A stretch of DNA of 64,000 nucleotides from Candidatus Magasanikiibacteriota bacterium (lineage in GTDB: Bacteria > Patescibacteriota > Patescibacteriia > Magasanikbacterales > GWA2-37-8): the NCBI GenBank assembly GCA_017991415.1, contig JAGOQR010000001.1, positions 277,992 through 341,991 of the forward strand, written 5' to 3'. A program made the position numbers and the translations under genes. The notes beneath the pieces are model-generated. The model did not search any database, was not told the origin of the DNA, and saw nothing but the letters and a program-made list of their open reading frames with translations. This document shows positions 9,369-19,726 of this stretch, one piece after another (position 1 is the stretch's first letter; each line of letters opens with the position of its first letter).

Positions 9369-10616
9369 ATGCACACAGAACATTTACAAGACTTTGATCA
9401 CGACATTTTTACCAGTATAAAACGAGAACAAAAACGCCAAGAGGAAGGGCTAGAAATGATTCCTTCTGAGAATTTTGTTTCTCCAGCTGTGCTCGAAGCC
9501 CTCGGATCAGTTTTAACCAATAAATACTCCGAAGGGTATCCTGGCAAACGCTACTATGGCGGTTGTGAATTTATCGACGAAATAGAATCTCTTGCTATAG
9601 AACGAGCCAAACAACTATTTGGCGCTGAACATGTAAACGTCCAGCCTTTATCTGGAGCACCCGCTAACGTGGCTGTATACTTTGCCCTACTCAAACCTGG
9701 AGATACGGTGCTTGGCATGGATTTGTCTCATGGCGGGCATCTCACTCACGGCCACCCAGTCACATACATGGCCAAAATATATAACTTCGTACGCTACAAG
9801 ACTAACGCTGAAGGCTTAATTGATTTGGACAATTTACGACAAATGGCCTTAGAGCATAAACCAAAAATAATCCTGGTTGGATACTCGGCCTATTCACGAG
9901 AAATCGAATATGAAAAAATAAAAGCTATTGCCGATGAAGTTGGGGCAATTACTATGGCTGATATTGCTCATATTGCCGGCCTTATTGCAGGCGGACAAAT
10001 GAATAATCCTGTACCAATTTTTGATATCGTTACTACCACTACCCACAAAACATTACGTGGCCCACGCGGTGGCATGATTATGTGCAAAGCCGCATTTGCC
10101 AAAGATATCGATAAGTCGGTCTTCCCTGGTTTTCAAGGCGGTCCACACGAGAATAATATCGCAGCCAAGGCCATCGCATTTAAAGAAGCGCTCGAACCAG
10201 AATTTAAAGAATATGCTAAACAAATCAAAATAAATGCCAAAGTGCTTGAAGCAGAATTTAACCAGATGGGATATAAATTATGTTTTGGCGGTACTGACAA
10301 TCACCTATTACTCATAGATGTAAGCAATAAAGGCATCTCAGGCAAAGAAGCGCAGATTGCGCTCGACAAAGCAGGGATTACGGTAAACAAAAACATGATT
10401 CCTGATGACCCTCGCTCGCCAATGGATCCTTCTGGTATACGTCTCGGCACACCCGCTATCACAACTCGTGGCATGAAAGAAAAAGAAATGAAAATAATTG
10501 CGGGCTGGATTGACGAAGCGATTGTGAATTGGCAAGATGATGGTAAGCTTACAGATATACGACAGCAGCTAACTGAGCTTACTAAACACTTTCCGCTCTA
10601 CCCTACTTTGAAATAA
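9369..10616 (+). CDS. glyA: serine hydroxymethyltransferase
   Basis: SENFVSPAVLEALGSVLTNKYSEGYPGKRYYGGCEF and the PLP-Lys region TTTTHKTLRGPRGG. Confidence 0.95.
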   Translation: MHTEHLQDFDHDIFTSIKREQKRQEEGLEMIPSENFVSPAVLEALGSVLTNKYSEGYPGKRYYGGCEFIDEIESLAIERAKQLFGAEHVNVQPLSGAPANVAVYFALLKPGDTVLGMDLSHGGHLTHGHPVTYMAKIYNFVRYKTNAEGLIDLDNLRQMALEHKPKIILVGYSAYSREIEYEKIKAIADEVGAITMADIAHIAGLIAGGQMNNPVPIFDIVTTTTHKTLRGPRGGMIMCKAAFAKDIDKSVFPGFQGGPHENNIAAKAIAFKEALEPEFKEYAKQIKINAKVLEAEFNQMGYKLCFGGTDNHLLLIDVSNKGISGKEAQIALDKAGITVNKNMIPDDPRSPMDPSGIRLGTPAITTRGMKEKEMKIIAGWIDEAIVNWQDDGKLTDIRQQLTELTKHFPLYPTLK

Positions 10617-10815
10617 ACATACATTAATATAAACATAAAAAAGATACTTACTAACGAGTGTCTTTTTTATAACTGTTTGAAGTTCAACACTTTGCCAACT
10701 CTGTTTAATCTGCCTAGATATTTTCTATTGCAGGAACAATTGAGAAATAAAAAAACCATCTTACATAGACGGTTTTTTATTCTAGCTATAAATTTAAATT
10801 ATTACAGACACAGAA

Positions 10816-11544
10816 CTACTTGATATAGAACGAACCTCGCACTACTGCAGTGACTTGTTTTTCTAGTGCAGAAGTGTCGTAACTGCCATAATCACTTACA
10901 TCAACCGAATTAACCGCAGTTACTTGAAACACACCCATGTCAGCAGCCTTTAAGTCGCCAACCGTACGACCAGTGCTTTTGGCTATCTCACCTGCTCTTT
11001 GCTGGGCATTTTTGGTCGCTTCGGCAAGCATGGTCACTTTAAGGTCGGCTAATTTTGTGTAATAAAATTCTTCAGCCTCATTAGTAAAGGTAATACCTTG
11101 TGCAGATAATTCTTGCGGCGCTTTTTTCTCTAGACCTGTTATTTTTGACAGATCTGCCGACTGCACTTCTATACGCTGATAAATACTATAGCCAGTTAGT
11201 GTTTGCGTACCGTTGTTATAGCTGTACACTGGCTGCAAATTAGCTGGGCTAATAGAGAGTTCATCGGTAGTAATTTTGTTATCCTGGAGATATTTTTGTA
11301 CGATTGTAAAATCTTTTTGGATGTTTTTATATCCAACCGCCACTTCGGTTGGGCCAATATTTTGTACAAAACTTGCTTTCCATTTTATTACGTCGGAAGT
11401 AACTGTTTGCTGGGCAGAACCAGTCACACTTATCACGTTGTCTAGTTTTTTTGTGTTATAAAACGCACTAGAAGCAACTAGTACGGATACTACCAAACCA
11501 ACTGCCAAAGAAGTTCCTAAAAATAATAGTCCTTTATTATTCAT
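10816..11544 (-). CDS. SIMPL-domain (DUF541) secreted protein
   Basis: Signal peptide followed by VISVTGSAQQTVTSDVIKWKASF, typical of the SIMPL/26-kDa periplasmic protein family. Start taken at internal Met MNNKGLL. Confidence 0.5.
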   Translation of the reverse strand: MNNKGLLFLGTSLAVGLVVSVLVASSAFYNTKKLDNVISVTGSAQQTVTSDVIKWKASFVQNIGPTEVAVGYKNIQKDFTIVQKYLQDNKITTDELSISPANLQPVYSYNNGTQTLTGYSIYQRIEVQSADLSKITGLEKKAPQELSAQGITFTNEAEEFYYTKLADLKVTMLAEATKNAQQRAGEIAKSTGRTVGDLKAADMGVFQVTAVNSVDVSDYGSYDTSALEKQVTAVVRGSFYIK

Positions 11545-11612
11545 AGTAAAAAATATGTAAATAATACTAGTATGGTACCGTGCCATTACCTACCTGTCAA
11601 AATATAAGAAGC

Positions 11613-13052
11613 CTATTTCACCTCGCGCACTTCTACTAAGTTTACATTACCTGCCTGCCCTACTGGCTCTCCTGCCACCACCACCATTTGGTCACCAATT
11701 TTCGCTAATTTTTGTTTTTTAATATAGGCAATTGATCGTTCAACTAATTCTTCGATGGACTGGCAGGGCTCTAAAATAAATGGCACCACTCCCCACGATA
11801 AATTGAGTTGACGCTGCACTCGCTTAGAACTCGTCCCCACCAAAATTGCTAACGATGGACGAACATGACTAATCAATCTACCAGTTTCACCAGAAAGAGA
11901 TGCAGCCAAAATAAGCTTGGCATTTATTTCTTCGGCCAGCATACGAGACAGCTGACTAATTGCTTCGTCTAAACCTGTATTATGCTTCTTTAAAGGTGGC
12001 AAATTCTTATCATCATAATGAGATTTTTCTGTACTTATAATAATTTCTGCCATGGTTTGCACAACAAGGACTGGATGTTGGCCGACAGCAGTTTCGTTGG
12101 AAAGCATGAGGGTATCTGCATGATCTATTACCGCATTGGCCACGTCACTTACCTCTGCTCTTGTTGGGCGACGATTTTCACGCATAGAGTCCAGCATTTG
12201 CGTAGCTACAATTACTGGTTTTGCCTGGCTATTAGCTGCATCAATCATTTTTTTCTGCACAAGTGGTACTTCTGCCGCGGGCACCTCTAACCCCAAATCT
12301 CCGCGAGCTACCATAATACCATCGCTCGCATCCAAAATTTCCATAAGATTTTCTACGGCTATACGACGCTCTATTTTAGAAATAATACGTACTGGTGGCT
12401 GATTTTTGATACCTAGCTCACTCTCAAATTGTTTTATTAAAAATCGTAAATCTAAAATATCTTTGGCGCTACGCACAAAAGACATAGCCACCAAATCTAC
12501 GCCCTGTTCCAAACCAAATTTAAGATCGTTTTTATCTTTATCACTTAAAGCAGAAACATCCAGATCGCTATCAGGAAAATTTAGCCCTTTATGCGGCAGG
12601 ATAAGAGAACCCTCTACGACTTCAGCAGTTATTTTTGTACCTTCTACCTTTTTTACCTTTACTTCAATATGGCCGTCATCAATTAAAATCCGCTCACCTG
12701 CTTCTATAAATTTATGCAAATCAGGATAATCCAGTGGAATACAACCTTCTATATACTCTGATAAAGAAGTATCCAGGACAATATCTTTTCCAACTTGGAT
12801 TGAAACACCTTCTGCGGGGAGACTACCCACTCGTATTTTAGGACCCTGTAAATCTTGCATAATTGCAAGCGGCTCTCCAGTTGCCGACTCTACTTCTCTG
12901 ATATTTTTAATAAGAGCAGCGTGACTTGTGTAATCACCGTGCGAAAAATTTAACCTGGCAATATTTAAACCGGCATGTACCATTTGGATGAGAACGTCTG
13001 TATCTTGGCAGGAAGGACCAATCGTCGCACAAATCTTTGTTTTTTTCATCAT
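11613..13052 (-). CDS. pyk: pyruvate kinase
   Basis: KTKICATIGPSC...NIARLNFSHGDY and MVARGDLGLEVP motifs. Confidence 0.95.
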   Translation of the reverse strand: MMKKTKICATIGPSCQDTDVLIQMVHAGLNIARLNFSHGDYTSHAALIKNIREVESATGEPLAIMQDLQGPKIRVGSLPAEGVSIQVGKDIVLDTSLSEYIEGCIPLDYPDLHKFIEAGERILIDDGHIEVKVKKVEGTKITAEVVEGSLILPHKGLNFPDSDLDVSALSDKDKNDLKFGLEQGVDLVAMSFVRSAKDILDLRFLIKQFESELGIKNQPPVRIISKIERRIAVENLMEILDASDGIMVARGDLGLEVPAAEVPLVQKKMIDAANSQAKPVIVATQMLDSMRENRRPTRAEVSDVANAVIDHADTLMLSNETAVGQHPVLVVQTMAEIIISTEKSHYDDKNLPPLKKHNTGLDEAISQLSRMLAEEINAKLILAASLSGETGRLISHVRPSLAILVGTSSKRVQRQLNLSWGVVPFILEPCQSIEELVERSIAYIKKQKLAKIGDQMVVVAGEPVGQAGNVNLVEVREVK

Positions 13053-13088
13053 ATGTTCTAATTCTGTTAATACCCTCCAAAATCACAA

Positions 13089-13532
13089 TTACTTAAGTAA
13101 TGCTTTTATCTGCTCCTGTTTAGCAGGATCTAAATTAAAAAATTTAATCAGAGCGTCAAATGACGGTGATGTAGAAGTTTGCGTTGACCCGCCCGAAACA
13201 CCAAGCAACTCGCCATACTGAGACCAAACACCTTTAAGCAAAGGTGGTAAAAATAAAATACCTAAAACGAGTGGCACCAATATAAGACCAGTTCGCACCC
13301 AGCTTGCAATGGCAGTCCAGAGTAATTTATTATTTATCTTTCGATTTTGTTCATAAATAATCTGCGACCACTTCAAATTTTTTTCTATCAACCCTTTGAG
13401 ACTGGCGTCACTCGTGCCCTGCTCGGAAGATTTATTATGAGCAGTTGCTCCTGCCGATGATGGAGCATGTTCTTTTTCTTGTTCATTTTTTTTTACTTCT
13501 GCCTCATCTGGATTGTTTGTATGTCTAAACAT
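13089..13532 (-). CDS. hypothetical membrane protein
   Basis: 147-aa ORF with a Lys/Glu-rich N-terminus and one or two TM helices; no homology recognised. Confidence 0.35.
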   Translation of the reverse strand: MFRHTNNPDEAEVKKNEQEKEHAPSSAGATAHNKSSEQGTSDASLKGLIEKNLKWSQIIYEQNRKINNKLLWTAIASWVRTGLILVPLVLGILFLPPLLKGVWSQYGELLGVSGGSTQTSTSPSFDALIKFFNLDPAKQEQIKALLK

Positions 13533-13574
13533 AATGTATATAATTACTCAAAAACACTACCTCGGGTTACAAAC

Positions 13575-14027
13575 TTACTTGTTAGATAATTTTTTTAATT
13601 CTTTTTCAAAAGTCCGAACATCTCTAAAATCACGATAGACGCTTGCAAATCTGATGTAGGCAACTTTGTCGAAACCTCGTAAATGTTTTATAACTAACTC
13701 ACCTAAATCTTTGCTCGAAATTTCTTTGGCTTTCTTTTTTTGAATATCTCTTTCTATGGCGTGTATTAACCTGTGAAAAGCATCTCGAGTATACGGACGT
13801 TTTGTTAAAGACATTCGTATTCCACTTTCTATCTTGTCTCTCATATAGGTTTCTCGATGGCCATCACTTTTAACAACGATTACATCCAAAAGCTCCATCT
13901 CTTCTACAGTCGAAAATCGGTACTGACACTTGTCACACTCACGACGACGACGAATAGACATGTCATCTTCGGCTGGACGCGTATCTACGACACTTGTTTC
14001 TGTATTGTTGCAAATTGGACAACGCAT
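13575..14027 (-). CDS. nrdR: transcriptional repressor NrdR
   Basis: N-terminal zinc ribbon MRCPICNN...CDKC followed by an ATP-cone domain (KRDGHRE-like SDGHRETYMRDKI). Confidence 0.9.
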   Translation of the reverse strand: MRCPICNNTETSVVDTRPAEDDMSIRRRRECDKCQYRFSTVEEMELLDVIVVKSDGHRETYMRDKIESGIRMSLTKRPYTRDAFHRLIHAIERDIQKKKAKEISSKDLGELVIKHLRGFDKVAYIRFASVYRDFRDVRTFEKELKKLSNK

Positions 14028-14104
14028 ATATTTATGCAAATATTATACCTCGCGCCATTTAATAAAACAACACCCTTGAAATGAGTGTTGTTTTTTATAT
14101 AACA

Positions 14105-15337
14105 TTATATTCCCATCTTCTTCCTGATAAAAGCTGGGATTTCCAGATCATCATCACTATTTTTATCTTTTACTGGAGCTGCTTGGGATTGTGATCGTGG
14201 TATCGGATTAATTGTATTTACAGCACTACTCGATGGATTATGAATGATTTGTTTAAATTTCTTTTCTTCCTCTTCTTCATCTTTCTGGACCCTTCGCATA
14301 AAATTGCTTGGTGTATATTTACTGCTTGTAAAAAATTGTTGAGGCGCCTGCTCTTCTTCTGCAGAAGAACCAAAACTAGCACGACGATCATCAAAACCTG
14401 TGGCAATAACAGCAATACGCATATGACCTTCCATAGATTCATCTATTGTAGTACCAAAAATTACTTTGGCGTCTTCGGATGCAGAGCTAGTTACTATCTT
14501 GGCCGCATCACTGACTTCTGTCATAGTCATATCTGGACCACCGGTAATTGTAAATAATATACCGCGCGCACCATCTATAGATAACTCTAAGAGAGGACTA
14601 GAAATAGCTGCTTTAGCTGCTTCGATTGCTCTGTTTTCACCACTGCCTGTTCCGATACCCATTAATGCAGAGCCGGCATTATGCATAATTGTTTTTACAT
14701 CTGCAAAGTCTACATTGATAAGCCCTGGAATAGTAATAAGTTCGGCAATACCTTGGACACCCTGACGTAAAATATCATCAACAATTGTAAAAGATTCTAA
14801 TAACGTTGTTTTCTTATCAATTATTTGTAAAATGCGATCGTTGGGAATAGTGATAATAGCATCTACATTCCGTGCGAGTTGCTCCCATGCTTTCTCGGCA
14901 ATATCACGACGCTGAGGACCTTCAAAGGCAAACGGCTTTGTTACAACTGCTACGGTAAGAGCCCCTGCTTCTTTTGCTACTCCAGCCACAATTGGCGCTG
15001 CACCAGAACCAGTACCACCACCCAAACCACAGGTAATAAAAACCATATCTGCATCCTTTACCATATCTCGGATTTCATTCTGACTTTCTTCAGCTGCCTT
15101 ACGACCCACTTCTGGATCCATACCAGCACCAAGACCACGAGTTACTGTTTTACCAATATGTAATTTTTGTGGTGCGGAATTATGATGTAAAGCCTGAACA
15201 TCGGTATTAAGTGCAATAAAATCTACGCCTCGAATATGGCTATTTACCATGCGTTTAACGGCGGATCCTCCAGAGCCACCAACACCAATAACTTTAATTT
15301 TTGCAAATGTTTCTATATCAGGTTTTACTTGCGGCAT
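14105..15337 (-). CDS. ftsZ: cell division GTPase FtsZ
   Basis: GVGGSGGSAV and tubulin signature GGGTGSGAAPIVA; acidic C-terminal tail. Confidence 0.97.
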   Translation of the reverse strand: MPQVKPDIETFAKIKVIGVGGSGGSAVKRMVNSHIRGVDFIALNTDVQALHHNSAPQKLHIGKTVTRGLGAGMDPEVGRKAAEESQNEIRDMVKDADMVFITCGLGGGTGSGAAPIVAGVAKEAGALTVAVVTKPFAFEGPQRRDIAEKAWEQLARNVDAIITIPNDRILQIIDKKTTLLESFTIVDDILRQGVQGIAELITIPGLINVDFADVKTIMHNAGSALMGIGTGSGENRAIEAAKAAISSPLLELSIDGARGILFTITGGPDMTMTEVSDAAKIVTSSASEDAKVIFGTTIDESMEGHMRIAVIATGFDDRRASFGSSAEEEQAPQQFFTSSKYTPSNFMRRVQKDEEEEEKKFKQIIHNPSSSAVNTINPIPRSQSQAAPVKDKNSDDDLEIPAFIRKKMGI

Positions 15338-15502
15338 ACAAGAACGGTTAAATTTAAATTAAGTGTGTGCAAGAATATTTTTTGTTGAACAAGTTTTGTG
15401 TTCAAAGTCTTCTTAAACAAAATAACGGGGCTGTCCCCGCTATATAGTTTATATTTAAAAAAATTTACTGTCAACTATAAATTATACAGACTTATTACAA
15501 CC

Positions 15503-16768
15503 TTATGGAATGAGTGTTTTAAAAAGCTTTTTAACCTGATCAACTACTTTTCCAGTGCCTCTAAACACATTACTTGCACCTGATTTACCGTACTCTTTAC
15601 CAACAGTCATGATACTTCCCCACTTTACCAAACCTACGGCTGTAGCAAATCCAAGATCATTTACTTTGTCGGTAACACTAATAACGTTGATAGGATATCC
15701 AAGATTAGCTGGAAGTCGCAATACTTTTTTTGATAACTCTACAAGACCCGGCAATTTTGCTCCCGCACCAGTAAATACTACTCCCGCTGGCAACAATCCA
15801 GAGCGTTGAATTTTTCTCAGCTCGCTATCTACCTTTTGTAAAATCTCTTCAACTCTGGCAGAGATTATTTCGGTCAGATATTTCTTTTTTACAAGCTCGT
15901 GCTCGCCAGACCCTAACTCAAAAAGATCTATTTCTTCTTTTTTTGAGCCAAGATCAGGACGGCAATCTCCGTACTCTACCTTTACTCTTTCTGCGATATC
16001 TACCGAAGTTCGCAAACCAACTGCCACATCATTGGTAATAAGCTGCGATCCAATTGGAATAATAGCGGTGTGCACCAACTGACCTTCTTCAAACACCGCC
16101 ACACTAGTAGTAGAGCCCCCCAAATTGACCACCATTACACCCAACTCCTTTTGACGTTTAGTTACTACTGTTTCTGCAGTAGCAATAATAGAGAGCACCA
16201 AATCCTCTATGTCTAAGCCTGCTCTATAGACTGCTTTAGTTAAATTTTTGATTTGAGAAGAAGATCCTAAAATTATCTGGGTATCAACTTCTAAACGCAC
16301 GCCTGTCATTGAAGATGGATCTTTAATGCCTGTTTGGCCATCTACTGTATACTGCTTTGGCAGCACGTGTAACACCTCATAATTGAGGGGTGTAGCAATT
16401 GATCTGGCTGCTTCTATAGCCCTACTTACATCCTCTTCGGTAATTTCATTATTAGCTTTGGAAACTGCAATTACCCCCTTACTGCTCTGAGATAAAATAT
16501 GAAGCCCTGAGATACCAACCCACGTACTATCAACTGGCACCCCTACCATTCGCTCCACTCTCTCAAGAGTCGCTGAAATTGACGAAACAACATCTTCTAT
16601 ACTGCTAATAACCCCTTTTTGCACACCTTCTGAAGGAAATTCAGCTGCGCCTAGAATCTGCAGCTCTTCTTGGTTATTTTCTTTACCAACTACCTGGCCA
16701 ACAACCATGCGCACAAAATTTGACCCTATATCTAAGCCGCTAATTAAATTTCCTTGGTTATTTTTCAT
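15503..16768 (-). CDS. ftsA: cell division protein FtsA
   Basis: Actin-fold GLDIGSNFVRMVVGQ N-terminus and the conserved ftsA-ftsZ order. Confidence 0.9.
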   Translation of the reverse strand: MKNNQGNLISGLDIGSNFVRMVVGQVVGKENNQEELQILGAAEFPSEGVQKGVISSIEDVVSSISATLERVERMVGVPVDSTWVGISGLHILSQSSKGVIAVSKANNEITEEDVSRAIEAARSIATPLNYEVLHVLPKQYTVDGQTGIKDPSSMTGVRLEVDTQIILGSSSQIKNLTKAVYRAGLDIEDLVLSIIATAETVVTKRQKELGVMVVNLGGSTTSVAVFEEGQLVHTAIIPIGSQLITNDVAVGLRTSVDIAERVKVEYGDCRPDLGSKKEEIDLFELGSGEHELVKKKYLTEIISARVEEILQKVDSELRKIQRSGLLPAGVVFTGAGAKLPGLVELSKKVLRLPANLGYPINVISVTDKVNDLGFATAVGLVKWGSIMTVGKEYGKSGASNVFRGTGKVVDQVKKLFKTLIP

Positions 16769-16887
16769 ATAAAGGAGGAGAGATGCAATATCTACTTTAT
16801 GCCCGAGCGATCATTGAAAACATGCTATTTTCAATATAAATTAGGAATTGCGCCCAGTTCGTATATTCTTAGTTATACATTATAACA

Positions 16888-17265
16888 TTATTTTGCCATA
16901 CTTTCCAAGTAGGGAAAAAAGATTATGAGCCCTACAACAAGCGCTACAATGGAAGTGAGTAACACGGCACCTGCCATCACATCCTTAATGACATATACAT
17001 AATGATGCAAACGCGGCTTGAGCAGATCGCTAAAATATTCAAATACTGTATTTAAAATTTCTACAAGTAGCACCAAAAGCACTAATAATAAAATTAAAAT
17101 TTTTTCCCAAACCTGCAAAGGCAGATAAAAAGCGCCGAACAGAACTACAAGACCTATTAATACTTGAATTCTAAAATTTTGTTCAGATTTAAACACATGG
17201 ACTAAACCTCGTCCTGCGGCTGCAAAGCTCTTTATTGTTCTAGAAAAAAACATACCTCTTATCAT
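16888..17265 (-). CDS. dgkA: diacylglycerol/undecaprenol kinase DgkA family
   Basis: 125 aa with 3 TM helices; KSFAAAGRGLVHVFKSEQNFRIQ motif typical of the DgkA N-terminus. Confidence 0.7.
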   Translation of the reverse strand: MIRGMFFSRTIKSFAAAGRGLVHVFKSEQNFRIQVLIGLVVLFGAFYLPLQVWEKILILLLVLLVLLVEILNTVFEYFSDLLKPRLHHYVYVIKDVMAGAVLLTSIVALVVGLIIFFPYLESMAK

Positions 17266-17272
17266 TAACGGA

Positions 17273-17734
17273 TTAGCGCACTTTTTTTATTTTTTTGGCA
17301 ACTCGTGTACTCTTAAAAAAATTTTCTACTATCTCTTCTTGCAGACCAAACATTATTTCTGCTTCTTTTTTCTTACCATGGTCATGACCAATAATATGCA
17401 GGAAGCCATGCGCCAACATTCGTACAAATTCTTCTTTTGGTTTTATCAAGAGATCGGTAGCTTGACGCACTATCTGAGGATAGCAGATATAAATTTGGCC
17501 CAAATAATTTGTTTTGATAATACCGTCCTCTTGCCAGGCAAAGGACAGAACATCTGTTGGTTTGTTAAAACCACGATAATGAAAATTCAGATCACGGATT
17601 TCCTGATCACCTACAATGTTTACTTCTACTTCACCTGATTCACCTGTACTTTTTGCAATATAATGAAATACCTTTTTTATTTGCTCTAAATTCCAGGGGC
17701 AGACAACTCTTTTGTTAAAATCTACAGACAACAT
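17273..17734 (-). CDS. ybeY: rRNA maturation endoribonuclease YbeY
   Basis: HGFLHIIGHDH metal-binding motif. Confidence 0.85.
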   Translation of the reverse strand: MLSVDFNKRVVCPWNLEQIKKVFHYIAKSTGESGEVEVNIVGDQEIRDLNFHYRGFNKPTDVLSFAWQEDGIIKTNYLGQIYICYPQIVRQATDLLIKPKEEFVRMLAHGFLHIIGHDHGKKKEAEIMFGLQEEIVENFFKSTRVAKKIKKVR

Positions 17735-17758
17735 GGTTATAAACTTAAAATTAAATTA

Positions 17759-18883
17759 CTAATTTACCGAAGCAGGCATTTCTGATGGGAATGTGCCAGT
17801 AGATATAGTTGATTCACTATTTTGAGGTGGAATAAAATTGGCGCCCCTAAAGCTTCGAGCCATCATTACGAGTACAGATCGATAATTAACAACATTAGAA
17901 TCAGTGGTATGATAAATTAAAACATACACATGATTAGCATCAACAAAATAATACACTAAATTATCAGCCCGACTCTTACCTGGTTCAAAAAATTTAGTTT
18001 GAAAATCTTTAATATTTTGATACTTTTCGTTTGGTGCCCACTCGTTAAACCAGTCATTAAAATTTTGACCAGCTGATAAGTCGAAGGTTCGGATCTCGAT
18101 GTTTTCACCAGTTATTGTGCTAAATAATACTTGTCGAGAACTTTCATCGACACTACCAACAGCCCAATTATTTGGATAGAAGACCTTATACCCAAAGGTT
18201 CCGTTTTCGTATTCCTTAACCGACCCAGATTCAACAAGACGCATAGGCTCCTTTCCACCTGGATTATACAGGTAAAATACTTCATGCCCATCATCATAAC
18301 TATCTTCATCGGTATCTGGCTTACTTGGATCTGTACCAAATAAATCCTCTGCAACATCAGTGATACCATCTCTATCTAAGTCAGGACTGTCGCCTAATAA
18401 ATTAGAAGGAAAATCTATTGGAGCATCTGTAGCAACCTGAGGCTTAGCATCCGTACTCGTGTTTATAGGCAGATCTGGCGTGGTTGTTTGAACTGTAACT
18501 GGTGTGGTAGAGGATGGCACCTCTATCTGAGGAGCAGGTGGCAAAGACACTTTTTGCTGACTCCGTGCCTGCCAATAATAATATGCGCTGGCGCTAGCAC
18601 CAATAATCAAAAAAAGGGCTAGCCAAAAAATAAGAGCATACTTACGATTAGTAAAAATATTTACAGCATGAAAATCTGCTCCACTACCAACAGCCGTACT
18701 CTCGTCAAGCATTTTTTTCTCAGAAGAACTCAGCTTGGGCTTGGAATCTAAAACTATTTCTTTCTCTACTTTTTTAAATTTTACTACAGGATTAACTCCA
18801 CCATAAAAATCAGCGGGTATGGTTTGCACATTCATAGCCACAGCAGTTTTTTCTGATGTTGGTAATATTTTTTTCCCAAACAT
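17759..18883 (-). CDS. bitopic membrane protein with extracellular thrombospondin type-3-like Ca-binding repeats (paralogue A)
   Basis: About 80-aa cytoplasmic N-terminus, one TM helix (ALIFWLALFLIIGASASAYYYW), a Pro/Thr linker, D-x-D-x-DG-x-x-D-x-x-E repeats (DLDRDGITDVAED, DPSKPDTDEDSYDDGHE), and a unique C-terminal domain. Confidence 0.6.
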   Translation of the reverse strand: MFGKKILPTSEKTAVAMNVQTIPADFYGGVNPVVKFKKVEKEIVLDSKPKLSSSEKKMLDESTAVGSGADFHAVNIFTNRKYALIFWLALFLIIGASASAYYYWQARSQQKVSLPPAPQIEVPSSTTPVTVQTTTPDLPINTSTDAKPQVATDAPIDFPSNLLGDSPDLDRDGITDVAEDLFGTDPSKPDTDEDSYDDGHEVFYLYNPGGKEPMRLVESGSVKEYENGTFGYKVFYPNNWAVGSVDESSRQVLFSTITGENIEIRTFDLSAGQNFNDWFNEWAPNEKYQNIKDFQTKFFEPGKSRADNLVYYFVDANHVYVLIYHTTDSNVVNYRSVLVMMARSFRGANFIPPQNSESTISTGTFPSEMPASVN

Positions 18884-18895
18884 AGTTTAGAACTA

Positions 18896-19693
18896 TTAAA
18901 TCGTAGAGCTTGCAGCCACCGTACTTGAACTTGCAGTACTTGTCGCAGGAAGATTAAATAACTTACCTGGACCAAGTGGACTATACCCATTTTTTACTTC
19001 AGTGCCATCTGGATAGGTATCCCCATCAGAATCTGGATTAAGCAAATTGGTCTTCCAAATTAAACTTTCATCACCATCACTCAGCCCATCATTGTCAGAA
19101 TCTGCATTTAACGGACTGCTCTTATAAATAATAACTTCATCTCCGTCGTTTAAGCCATCAGCATCTGAATCAGCATTTTGAGGATTAGTGCCAATCTCTT
19201 TTTCACGCACGTCATCGAGACCATCCTTATCTAAATCAACTCCTTGACCAAATAAAATCTGGTCGTTATTTATCTGATTAGGTAAACTGGTTGATGAATT
19301 GGTTGTGTTTTGATTTTGCGCATTATTATTCTGATTAGTTTGAGTATTTTGCACAGGTGTTTTTGCTGTATTTTTTCTACCATATAAAAACCACCATCCG
19401 CCATAAGCTAACCCACCGAGCACGATAATCACAAAAATAAACAAGAAAATTTTTCCTAAAATTGGCGAACTCATCTTATAGTTTCCAAGATCCACACCCT
19501 GCTCTCCTGCCAATGAATTTGGCGGTGTTATAATTCTATCCTTTTTCTTTAACAAACCACTTGACAGCGCATCTGGCATAGCATCCCCCACCATCTTTTC
19601 TTTATTTGCATTTTCTGTCCCAGCAAACATATCTTCGGGTTCTGTTGGTAAATTTTGAGGTAAATTTTGGTTTTGATTTTCTTCATCAAACAT
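18896..19693 (-). CDS. bitopic membrane protein with four thrombospondin type-3-like repeats (paralogue B)
   Basis: Cytoplasmic N-terminus, TM helix, Asn/Gln-rich linker, repeats DLDKDGLDDVREKE / DSDADGLNDGDEV / DSDNDGLSDGDES / DSDGDTYPDGTEV. Confidence 0.6.
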   Translation of the reverse strand: MFDEENQNQNLPQNLPTEPEDMFAGTENANKEKMVGDAMPDALSSGLLKKKDRIITPPNSLAGEQGVDLGNYKMSSPILGKIFLFIFVIIVLGGLAYGGWWFLYGRKNTAKTPVQNTQTNQNNNAQNQNTTNSSTSLPNQINNDQILFGQGVDLDKDGLDDVREKEIGTNPQNADSDADGLNDGDEVIIYKSSPLNADSDNDGLSDGDESLIWKTNLLNPDSDGDTYPDGTEVKNGYSPLGPGKLFNLPATSTASSSTVAASSTI

Positions 19694-19726
19694 ATATCGA
19701 AATTAAAATTAAAAAAGTATTGCTCT

